Made by a program: the position numbers and the translations under genes. From Myxococcota bacterium (lineage in GTDB: Bacteria; Myxococcota_A; Polyangia; Nannocystales; Nannocystaceae): a stretch of 64,000 nt of DNA. Positions within the stretch are counted from its first letter, which is position 1; every line of letters begins with the position of its first letter. Shown in pieces: positions 29,711-37,895 of the stretch. The notes under the pieces are model-generated. The model was given only the letters and a program-made list of their open reading frames with translations, was not told the DNA's origin and made no database searches. The stretch spans positions 64,001-128,000 of the forward strand of contig JBCCHT010000027.1 in NCBI GenBank assembly GCA_039028615.1. The letters run 5' to 3'.

Positions 29711-31225
29711 CTACGCCGCGGGAAGCTGGGCCGAGGCGGCGTGCATGCCCTGGAGGCTCGAGCCGAGCTCGGCTGCGGCCGCACGCACACGCTGGCGTGC
29801 GGGGCCGAGGCGCTCGAGCAGCTCTTCGCTCGACTGCGACGCGTCGAGCTGGCGGAGCGCGTCGTTGAAGCAGTCGCGAGCGCGACACACCACCGACGAC
29901 GACGGCGGGCCCGACGAGCACGGCGGATAGAGCACCCGCGCGTGCACGCCCGGCTCGGGATCGGCGAGGTCGTAGTGCGCACAGGCCTGGCCGTCGTCGT
30001 CGAAGTGAAACGCGTTGGCGTCCTGGAGGTACTCCGCGCAGACCTGGCGCGCGCCGTCTCGCAGCTGCTCTTCGTCGCCGCCGCGGGCGGTCCACATCTC
30101 GCCGATCGTCTCGACCATCCCGTCGATCGACTCGGGGGTCAGGGGCTCGCGTCGACACAGCTGCGCCATGCCTTCGGCCACCGCCCGCAGGTACTCGCGA
30201 CTCCGCGGCTCCCGTCGCAGGTCGTCTGCGGCCAGCGCCAGGACCCGCTGCACCTGGGCGATCGACTGCCGCGCCTGCACCACGACGAAGGCGAGCTCTT
30301 CGCCCGGCACCACGCCCTTGCCCCCGATCCGCTCGACCGGCGCCTCGCCGCTACGGCCGTAGCGAATCCCACAGGGGTGCCCCTCGCCCAGCACCGAGGC
30401 CAGCTCGAGGTCGAGGAAGCGACCGTCGAGGGTCGAGTTGTTGTTGAAGGAGTGCCAGTAGATCCCCAGGTGATAGAGCCGTCGGAAGTTGTCCACGCTT
30501 CGGGTCACCGAGGCCTCGATCGCCTCACAGATGACCTCGGGGGTGATCGCGTCGTCCTCGGCCTCGCCTCCGAGCCCGCGGTACAAGAGCTCCAGCGGCT
30601 CCAGCAGGTCGCCGCTGCCCAGGTCGGTCTGCAGCGCCTCGTGGATGAGGTTGGACCAGCGCAAGAACCCAGCCGGCTTGACGGAGATAGCCTGGACCCG
30701 CCGATCGACCGGCGCGAGCGGGAGCCCTTCTTCCGCGGCGAATCGGCACCACGGCTCGGCGAACTCGGGGTCCATGTCCCGCACGAGCACCGCCTCGCAG
30801 GGGATGATGGTGTCCCCCGCCCCGACCGCGCCCAGATAGTCGCTGATCAGCAGCTCCCGGATCGCTCCCGTCGCCGACAAGTGACCCGTACCGTGCATCG
30901 TGGAGCGGCGCACGTTCCAGTTCCACGCGAACTGCGTGCGACCGACCCCCTTGAGGTAGTAGCCGTCATAGAAGATCGCGCGGCCGCTGCCGGGGCATCG
31001 CGAGGACGGAGCGTGAGCCGCCCGCTGGGCATCCGCCCAACCGACCCGGGGGTCTCGCGCTTCGTCGCGCTGCGCGGCGGCGAATACCGGGATCGCCGAC
31101 AGATCCACCTGCCGAGCCAAGTGCTGATACCGAGGGTCGCAGGCGGTGAAGTCCGCCTCGCGGGTGGGCACGCCCACCAGCCACGGCGCGCGACCGGAGG
31201 AGTTGATCTGAGAGAGTCGGTGCAT
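29711..31225 (-). CDS. SelO/YdiU-fold (MchC/MceJ-like) ATP-dependent enzyme, putative peptide maturase
   Basis: GSGRA, YLKGVGRT, G..AIRELLISDYL and NNSTLDGRFLDL occur in the same order as SelO GDGR/LKGAG/IRE/DNxxxxGxxxD. Confidence 0.7.
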   Translation of the reverse strand: MHRLSQINSSGRAPWLVGVPTREADFTACDPRYQHLARQVDLSAIPVFAAAQRDEARDPRVGWADAQRAAHAPSSRCPGSGRAIFYDGYYLKGVGRTQFAWNWNVRRSTMHGTGHLSATGAIRELLISDYLGAVGAGDTIIPCEAVLVRDMDPEFAEPWCRFAAEEGLPLAPVDRRVQAISVKPAGFLRWSNLIHEALQTDLGSGDLLEPLELLYRGLGGEAEDDAITPEVICEAIEASVTRSVDNFRRLYHLGIYWHSFNNNSTLDGRFLDLELASVLGEGHPCGIRYGRSGEAPVERIGGKGVVPGEELAFVVVQARQSIAQVQRVLALAADDLRREPRSREYLRAVAEGMAQLCRREPLTPESIDGMVETIGEMWTARGGDEEQLRDGARQVCAEYLQDANAFHFDDDGQACAHYDLADPEPGVHARVLYPPCSSGPPSSSVVCRARDCFNDALRQLDASQSSEELLERLGPARQRVRAAAAELGSSLQGMHAASAQLPAA

Positions 31226-31234
31226 GGTCGACGC

Positions 31235-32419
31235 CTATCCGATGAGAAACAGCTCCCGCGGGCCCGCCACGGCATGCGCCGCGTCGACCCGGGGAAGGTT
31301 GCGAGAGGCCCACAGCGCCAGCGTCGGATCGCCGCGCCCCACGACCTCGGCCATCGCTTGGCCGCTCAGCTCGTCGGCGGGGCACTGTCGTCCGCGCAGG
31401 ATCTGCTCGAGCAGGTGCGTGGTGGAGTCGGGCTCGAACGCCTCGTCGGTCACGATCTGCTCGAGTTCGTCCGCCGTCATCGCCTGCACGTTGTCGAAAC
31501 GAAAGTCGGCGCGCTCGGCCGGCACGCCTTGCCAGGCCTCGGGATCGATGCACGAGGGCCGGGGCGGCGTCGCGTGCTCGACCGCCAGTCGCCACAGTCG
31601 CCGCCCCAGCTCGCCCACGATCTCGTCGAAGCGCGGAGGCAGCTGCACCGGGCGCCCCAGCGTGGAGGCCACTTTCGAGGGCAGCCCCGCGAGGTGCCGC
31701 AGCCACTGCCGGGTGTAGATGCGCTGCTTGTCGCCGTAGCTGATCTCGTGCCGCAGCCACTGCAAGGTCGCCGGGCTGCGCCGGACGTCGGACACGGAAA
31801 AGCCCGGGAACGCCCCCTGGCAGTAGAACGCGGCGATCTCTGCGAGGAAGGCCGGGTTCATGACCTCGAGGTCGGGACGAAAGCGGCGGTACTCGTCCGC
31901 CATCCACGACTGATACGAGACGGTGAGCGTGGTGAGCAGGCTGCCCGCGTCGAGGCGGTCCCGAAACCCGCGCTGCGAGAGGAACCAGTAGTCGAGCCCG
32001 ACGGTGGCCACCGCCTCGGTCACCAACATCCAGGCCACGTGTTCTTCGAGCGAGTCCTCGGTGATGGCGGCCGTACCTCGCAGCAGGCTCGAGTCGATGT
32101 CGCGCAGCTCGTGGAGTGCCCAGATGTGCAAGTAGTCGTGCGCGAGGAAGGCCGCCTCGTTGGCGAGGTCGTCGTTCTCGTTGTGCTCGCGAACCTGGGC
32201 CCGGGCCTGGCGACAGAAGCCGTCGAGGGCCGAGCCGACCCCGACGTAGACCTCGGAGCGAAACGGGTTCCACCCGGTCGTGCACCGACGGATGACCTTG
32301 CGGTAGCGCCACGATTGATCGACGGCGAGCGTCACCACCGAGACGCGCTCATCTTTGACGAGCGCCTCGAGCAGCGGCACCGCACCTCCCAGCTCTCCAA
32401 ATTCGAGTATCGCAGACAT
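31235..32419 (-). CDS. Hypothetical HDxxH...E metalloprotein, putative peptide maturase or peptidase
   Basis: H94-D-Y-L-H98 plus E135 (TEAVATVGLDYW); ends 9 nt before the SelO-like gene. Confidence 0.6.
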   Translation of the reverse strand: MSAILEFGELGGAVPLLEALVKDERVSVVTLAVDQSWRYRKVIRRCTTGWNPFRSEVYVGVGSALDGFCRQARAQVREHNENDDLANEAAFLAHDYLHIWALHELRDIDSSLLRGTAAITEDSLEEHVAWMLVTEAVATVGLDYWFLSQRGFRDRLDAGSLLTTLTVSYQSWMADEYRRFRPDLEVMNPAFLAEIAAFYCQGAFPGFSVSDVRRSPATLQWLRHEISYGDKQRIYTRQWLRHLAGLPSKVASTLGRPVQLPPRFDEIVGELGRRLWRLAVEHATPPRPSCIDPEAWQGVPAERADFRFDNVQAMTADELEQIVTDEAFEPDSTTHLLEQILRGRQCPADELSGQAMAEVVGRGDPTLALWASRNLPRVDAAHAVAGPRELFLIG

Positions 32420-32468
32420 GATGTGGACTCATTAGCCACGTAGGACCGGCGGTGGATCACGGGGGACT

Positions 32469-33143
32469 TCAGGTTCGTGCTTCGACCGCGACGGGGTCGT
32501 GACCCGCCGCCCATGCCTCGAAGCTCGGCGTCGCGGATCGGGCCGCCGAGGGAACCCGAGCCCCCGCGCGCACTTGGTCGAGCAGGCGTGCCCGGGCTCG
32601 ACGCAAGCGGCTCTTCACCGTGCCCTGCGGGATGCCCAGACGCCGACTCATCTGCATCGTCGACAGGCCCTGCCAGTAGTGCAGCGCCACCATCAACTGG
32701 AGCTCCCGAGGGATGCGGGGCAAGGCGCCCGCCAGCAGACGCAGCTGCTCGTGATCGGCCAGGACTCCGCTATAGGAGCAGGGCTCGTCGGTGGCTGGCA
32801 TGCGGCTGGTGTCGAGGTCTTCGGTCTGCTTGCGCCGCTCGACGAAGTAGCGAAGCAGCTCGAAGCGAGCGATGCCGAACAAGAACGCCCGGAAGCTCGA
32901 GGCCTCGCGCACGGCATCACGCTTCTCGATGCACGCGACGATGCTGCGCTGCAGCAGCTCTTGGTGGTCGCGCGCGGCATGACGCAGGAAATAGCGGTGC
33001 AGCGCGGCTTGGTGACGGCCGATCAGCGCCTGGCCGGCGTCGACCGCTCCACTGCGCCAGCGCTCGAGGAGCTCGGCATCGGTGGCCTGGCTACGGCTAC
33101 GGCGAGACTCGGTACAACCACGGGGACGAAGGGCGGATCTCAT
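32469..33143 (-). CDS. ECF sigma factor
   Basis: FRAFLFGIAR and LGIPQGTVKSRLRRAR; paralogous to 10489-11106. Confidence 0.88.
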   Translation of the reverse strand: MRSALRPRGCTESRRSRSQATDAELLERWRSGAVDAGQALIGRHQAALHRYFLRHAARDHQELLQRSIVACIEKRDAVREASSFRAFLFGIARFELLRYFVERRKQTEDLDTSRMPATDEPCSYSGVLADHEQLRLLAGALPRIPRELQLMVALHYWQGLSTMQMSRRLGIPQGTVKSRLRRARARLLDQVRAGARVPSAARSATPSFEAWAAGHDPVAVEART

Positions 33144-33547
33144 CGGCAAATACGGCTTTCACGTCCGCTCCTTCGGCGACCCAAGGTCGTCGCCGTAAGG
33201 AGCAGCACAGGTAGGGGGCCGACAAGAGGTGTCACGCTCGGTTTGCCGCGACAACCGGCGTAGCGGCGAATTAAGGCGGTACGAAAGGCTTAAGCGCGGC
33301 GCCTCGTTCGTGCGTCACCACGAACGTCGACCGGCGGGATTCGAAGGGGCCACGAAGTTAAGACCATGGTCATCGAGCATCGTCGCCGGCCCGGGAACCG
33401 AGCGGCGTATTCCCGCGACGCCGTGAGTTCCGGCCCGAAGACCGTCGAATTTCGATCGCGGGAATGGGACGACGAAGCTGCCGCGTCACCCGTGGCGGAG
33501 GTCGTGCGCCTGCGACTCGATCGCCGCGACGCGCCGCTCGGAACGAG

Positions 33548-34510
33548 TCAGATCAGCGACAGCTGAGTCGCGCGCCCTTGGACCTGCACCGTCGCTCCGA
33601 GCTCGCGCAGCCACGCCGCGCCCAACGACGACCACTGGCTATCGCCCCGCAGCAGGATTCGCGGCCGACCGCAGGTCTCCCAGAACGCAGCGAGCCGCGG
33701 GCGATCGATGCGATCGGGACATCCGACCTCGACCACGTGCATCCGCTCGCCCGCGTCACCCAACCCTTTGCGCCACGCCTCGACCCCCTCGCGCACGGGC
33801 TCGGGCGCACTGACGAGTACGGTGGCGACCACCGAGTGCCGGGCCAGCCCCGCACCACCGATGGCATCGTGAGGCCACAGCACCACCTTGCCCTCGGGAT
33901 CGAGGTTTTCGATGTAGGGCGAAAAGCGGGGGTGCGCCTGAAAGGTGACCTCGTCGCCGCAGGCCTGCACGACCTGCCGGGCCGCCACCGCGGTGTCGAC
34001 GAGCACGAGCACGCCGCCGCCCAGCGCGGTGAGGGTCTGCATGCCCTTGGCCGACAGCGGCTTGTGGGCGGGCTCGAGTGCCCACTCGGCCTGGGCCCGC
34101 AGCAACATCCAGTCGCACGGCGCCGAACCGGGCGCCATGCCCAACCCCCAGGTGTACAGCACCCGCAGCCCGCCTTTGCGGTGGGCCAGCCGCAGCGACG
34201 TGCCGCCCAGCGGTAGATCCGAAGCGACCGCGTCGACGGTCAGGCGCCCGACGCCGAACTGCCGCCCGTGCTCGATCAGCACCGCCCGCGCGAGGCTGGT
34301 GCGCTGCGCGGGCGAGAGATTGGCCAGCGCCATCGCGTAGACCAGGTCGCGATGCCCGATCCACGGCCCGGGCGCGAGTTTCGGCTGGGCGCCGACATGG
34401 GACAGGAAACAGGTGCGATCGGGCGAGGGCTCGTCGAGCGACAGGCGCTCGCGCGACACCATGTGCTGCACCTCGTGGAGCTCGTCTTCCACCGTGGATG
34501 ACTTGGCCAC
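33548..34510 (-). CDS. Hypothetical protein, degenerate MBL/beta-CASP-like fold
   Basis: FLSHVGA, ASDLPLGGTSLRL and RVLYTWG follow the MBL motif order but lack the metal ligands; 3 nt downstream of tadA. Confidence 0.55.
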   Translation of the reverse strand: MAKSSTVEDELHEVQHMVSRERLSLDEPSPDRTCFLSHVGAQPKLAPGPWIGHRDLVYAMALANLSPAQRTSLARAVLIEHGRQFGVGRLTVDAVASDLPLGGTSLRLAHRKGGLRVLYTWGLGMAPGSAPCDWMLLRAQAEWALEPAHKPLSAKGMQTLTALGGGVLVLVDTAVAARQVVQACGDEVTFQAHPRFSPYIENLDPEGKVVLWPHDAIGGAGLARHSVVATVLVSAPEPVREGVEAWRKGLGDAGERMHVVEVGCPDRIDRPRLAAFWETCGRPRILLRGDSQWSSLGAAWLRELGATVQVQGRATQLSLI

Positions 34511-34513
34511 GAG

Positions 34514-35017
34514 TCAGCCCTTCCTCTTGGCGCGGACCCGCCGAAAGAACGTGCGCAGAAGCTCGGCCGAGGGCTCCGCGAGCACCCCGGGGCAAACCTC
34601 GACGCGATGGTTGAGCCGAGGGTCGGAACAGATCTCGTAGAGACTTCGCACTGCGCCCGCCTTGGGATCGTCCGCTCCGTAGACCAGACGCGCAACCCTG
34701 GAATTGACGATCGCCCCCGCACACATCGGGCAGGGCTCGAGGGTCACGTAGAGGGTCGCGCCGTCGACCCGCCACCGTCCGGCGCTTCGACAGGCGTCCC
34801 GCAATGCAACGATCTCCGCGTGTCCGGTGGGATCGGCTTCGACCTCGCGTCGGTTGTACCCGACCCCCACGATCTGCCCGTCGCGCACCACGACGGCGCC
34901 CACCGGCACGTCGCCCCGATCCGCGGCCGCCCGGGCCAGGGACAGGGCGTAGCCCATGAAGTGCTCGTCGTCGGCGCTCACGCGGCGGCGAGAGTCCCTC
35001 ACAACCCTGCCGCTCAC
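34514..35017 (-). CDS. tadA: tRNA adenosine(34) deaminase
   Basis: DVPVGAVVV, DPTGHAE, TLEPCPMCAGA, DPKAGA, LNHR, LLRTFF. Confidence 0.93.
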   Translation of the reverse strand: MSGRVVRDSRRRVSADDEHFMGYALSLARAAADRGDVPVGAVVVRDGQIVGVGYNRREVEADPTGHAEIVALRDACRSAGRWRVDGATLYVTLEPCPMCAGAIVNSRVARLVYGADDPKAGAVRSLYEICSDPRLNHRVEVCPGVLAEPSAELLRTFFRRVRAKRKG

Positions 35018-35050
35018 AAGTCCTCGACGTTTTTGACGCGAAGAGAAATC

Positions 35051-35094
35051 CCGACGGCTCGTGAGGCGAGATCCTTCGCCCCACGAGCCGTCGG
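35051..35094 (-). terminator. Intrinsic terminator after the sigma70 gene
   Basis: 13-bp perfect stem ccgacggctcgtg/cacgagccgtcgg, followed on the minus strand by GATTTCTCTT. Confidence 0.7.
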
Positions 35095-35102
35095 TGGAGA
35101 TC

Positions 35103-36395
35103 TCAAGCGGCCTGGGTCATGGCCCGGCGCATCCGCTGGAGCGCCAGGACCTGTAGCTGCCGGATCCGTTCGCGAGACAACGAGTACTGCTCGCCGATCT
35201 CGGCCAAGGTTCGTGGCTCACCGCCGTCGAGACCGAAGCGCTGGCGCAGGATGTCCCGCTCCATCGGCTCGAGCTCGAGCAACGCCGCCTGCATCTGCTC
35301 GCCCGCCCGCTGCATGTCGAGCACGTCGTTGGGGCTGTGCTCCTCGGGAGCCGACAACAGATCGGCGACCGAGCGCGGATCGTCGGTGGAGAGCCGAGCG
35401 TCGAGGCTCAGCGGCTGCGTGGCCAGGGCCCGGGTGGCGGCCACGACCTTTTCCACCGAGGTGCCGACCGCCTCGGCGAGCTCGGCATCACGGGGATCGC
35501 GGCCCATCTCGCCTCGCATGCGCCGACGGGTCTTCGACAGCTTCTGCGCGAGCGTATGGAGGTGCTGCGGCACGCGAACGGTACGACCGCGATTGACCAC
35601 CGCGCGCCGCATGGTGTGCCGGATCCACCAGCTCGCGTAGGTGGAGAACCGGAAGCCACGCGCGGGCTCGAAGCGATCGACCGCCTTGAGCAGACCGATG
35701 TTGCCCTCTTGGATGAGGTCGGTGAGCGAGAGGCCAGTGCCTCGCATGCGATTGGCCATGCGCACGACCAACCGAAGGTTGGCCTTGGCGAACTGGTTGC
35801 GAGCGATCCGCAACGACGCGGCGGCGCTGCGAATCTTGGCGAGGTGCTCGGCGTAGGGCCGGCTGCCGCGACGAGGCGGATGTACGGGGAGCCCCACGCC
35901 CCGCCGGCTACCCAACGCGAGCTGCTCGAGATCGGCCGCGATGCGATCGGCGAGCATGCACTCCATGTCGTGCTGGCCGAGAAGACGCGCCAGCTCGACC
36001 ACTGCGGCATCGAGGGCGTCGCGGGTGCCCTTGCGATCGCGCTCGCGGACCGCCACGGCCGCCCGAGCGGCCGTGACACAGCAGGCGTCGAGCTCGGCAT
36101 TGGCTTGCTCACCTTGGAACTCGCTGCGCACGGCTCCGGCGATCGCTTCGACGTAGGGCGGATAGCCCATCAGCAATCGCCAATAAGTTTCACGAAGCGT
36201 CCCAATTTCTTCGGCGCGCTGACGTTCCTCTTGGGGCGTCATCAGCGGATGGCGAGCGACATCCCGCATGTAGGTGCCGAGGGATGGTTCTGGACCCGAA
36301 GAGTCCCCGACCCCGGTGGCCGAAACCCGACGCGGACTGGTCGGCGGCGGCAGGGGTTGCAGGTTGGGGCGGGTTTGCGGACTGGTGTCGGACAT
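35103..36395 (-). CDS. Group 2-like (RpoD/RpoS family) sigma-70 factor
   Basis: [43 protein letters not shown]; no region 1.1. Confidence 0.92.
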   Translation of the reverse strand: MSDTSPQTRPNLQPLPPPTSPRRVSATGVGDSSGPEPSLGTYMRDVARHPLMTPQEERQRAEEIGTLRETYWRLLMGYPPYVEAIAGAVRSEFQGEQANAELDACCVTAARAAVAVRERDRKGTRDALDAAVVELARLLGQHDMECMLADRIAADLEQLALGSRRGVGLPVHPPRRGSRPYAEHLAKIRSAAASLRIARNQFAKANLRLVVRMANRMRGTGLSLTDLIQEGNIGLLKAVDRFEPARGFRFSTYASWWIRHTMRRAVVNRGRTVRVPQHLHTLAQKLSKTRRRMRGEMGRDPRDAELAEAVGTSVEKVVAATRALATQPLSLDARLSTDDPRSVADLLSAPEEHSPNDVLDMQRAGEQMQAALLELEPMERDILRQRFGLDGGEPRTLAEIGEQYSLSRERIRQLQVLALQRMRRAMTQAA

Positions 36396-36836
36396 GGCAA
36401 ATGCCTCCCTGGTCGTCTCCGTGAGACAGTACGGAGCGAAATCGGATTCCCACGAAGTACCGATGGCTTCGTTGGGACCGCGGAGCGTGGGTCGGGCCGG
36501 ACCCACCGCTTAGTTGAACGGAGCAGGACCCCCGGCGGTTTCCTCGAAACTGGGTCCATCGCTCGCTTTGCTCCACACAGGGGTGGATCAAAGGTGAGTT
36601 TCGGCGCGCAGTCCCGGCCACAGCACTGTAAGCACGCGATCACGGTCCGCAACCGCAACGCGTGGATAAATCGGAACAATCCCCCGTGGTGCGACGCTCG
36701 TCACAGAGGGGTTCATTTCCCGCCGTCTTGGCGCTGTATCCGCGAGCGTTTCGGCCCAGCAGAACGCACACAGAACGCCTACCTCGGCCCTGATGGCGGC
36801 AATGCGCCTACCTCGGGACGGTGTCCCGACTCGGGC

Positions 36837-37733
36837 TCAGGCGGACTCCGACACCGGCGCTTCGATTGCCACTGTGTCATGGAAGCGCAGGTAGTCGATC
36901 CGCAGGCGGCCGTCTTCGGTGTAGTCCACGATGTCCACGAAGCGCTGGCCCCAGCGGAAGTCCATGGTGTCGTAGACGTGCCGCGCGTGGACCGTTTGGG
37001 AGAAGGTCCCATCGATTCCGGTCATCGAGACGATGAGCCGAACCTCCTCTTCGGCCAGCTGCGCCTCGGTGTAGCCGTACAGCGGGCTGTTTTCGTCGAG
37101 TTCGTGGATCACGGTCCACGTCATCGCGAACATCGGGGTCGTGGACCGCAGCAGGGGCAGGTCCATGAGCCTCCGCATTTTCTCCCCTTCCATGGTGACT
37201 TCGGGGACGAGCGCCGCGACGCGCAGGGACGCCTCGATGATCTCGTTGCCCCGCGCATTGCCGACGCGAAACACGAGGGCGGGCTTTCCGTTGCGGAGCC
37301 CCACCGTGATCGGGGTGGAGAACAAGACCTTGGCGCGCGGGCGCGAGAACTTGGCAAAGACCAGGCCGGTGGCGATGGCGGTACCGATGAGGCCGGTCAT
37401 GGCCTCGAAGGTCACCAGCGTGTGCACCGTGCCGTTGGTCGGGGCGAGCGTGCCGTAGCCGATGGTCGACAAGGTCTGCACGCTGAAGGCGAAGGCATCG
37501 GTGAAGTCGCCGCCCTCGGCCGAGTTGATGCCGTCCTTGTTGAGCACGTACAGCGTCGCGAACAGCAGGTTGGTGACCAGATAGGCCAGGCCCAGCAAGC
37601 CCATGAGCAACCACCACGACCGCCGCATGAGGTGGTAGTAGAGGTCGGTGAGCGGGCTGAGGCGGAGTCCGACGCGTACGGCATGCGATGGGTCACCGAT
37701 GCGGGCAGGAGCCTTGGCCATGGTGCCAGCCAT
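36837..37733 (-). CDS. Inward-rectifier potassium channel (KirBac)
   Basis: FSVQTLSTIGYG filter, KFSRP, FRVGNARGN, WTVIHELDENSPL. Confidence 0.92.
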   Translation of the reverse strand: MAGTMAKAPARIGDPSHAVRVGLRLSPLTDLYYHLMRRSWWLLMGLLGLAYLVTNLLFATLYVLNKDGINSAEGGDFTDAFAFSVQTLSTIGYGTLAPTNGTVHTLVTFEAMTGLIGTAIATGLVFAKFSRPRAKVLFSTPITVGLRNGKPALVFRVGNARGNEIIEASLRVAALVPEVTMEGEKMRRLMDLPLLRSTTPMFAMTWTVIHELDENSPLYGYTEAQLAEEEVRLIVSMTGIDGTFSQTVHARHVYDTMDFRWGQRFVDIVDYTEDGRLRIDYLRFHDTVAIEAPVSESA

Positions 37734-37895
37734 GCCCCAAAACCCCTGCTCGACCCAAGAAAACGGCCGAGACGAGGGGGGTGAATCGGCCCACGGGGTC
37801 GTACCGCGCGCTTCGCGAACGTCTGTCCCGCCAGCATCGTCGGCGTGAAACCGCCCGAGCGACCCGAGGGCAGCCGCGCTGATATCGTCGGCCCG

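Noticed and set aside
29711..31225. Annotation as ordinary selenoprotein O / YdiU, or Sec read-through
   Set aside because: It lacks the YxGHQFG and NTDN motifs and ends in TAG with no C-terminal Cys/Sec motif; the context points to peptide modification.
29741..32443. 900-aa plus-strand ORF across the maturase genes
   Set aside because: Antisense shadow typical of high-GC DNA: Arg/Ala-rich with no motifs, while the minus-strand ORFs have motifs and operon spacing.
33326..33345. Minus-strand TTCGAATCCCGCCGGTCGAC resembling a tRNA T-arm/3' end (possible att site)
   Set aside because: No cloverleaf, no second copy and no integrase in the window; too short to support.
36396..36836. 440-bp intergenic region as a possible ncRNA
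   Set aside because: No convincing stem set or known motif seen; most simply the regulatory region of the sigma70 gene.
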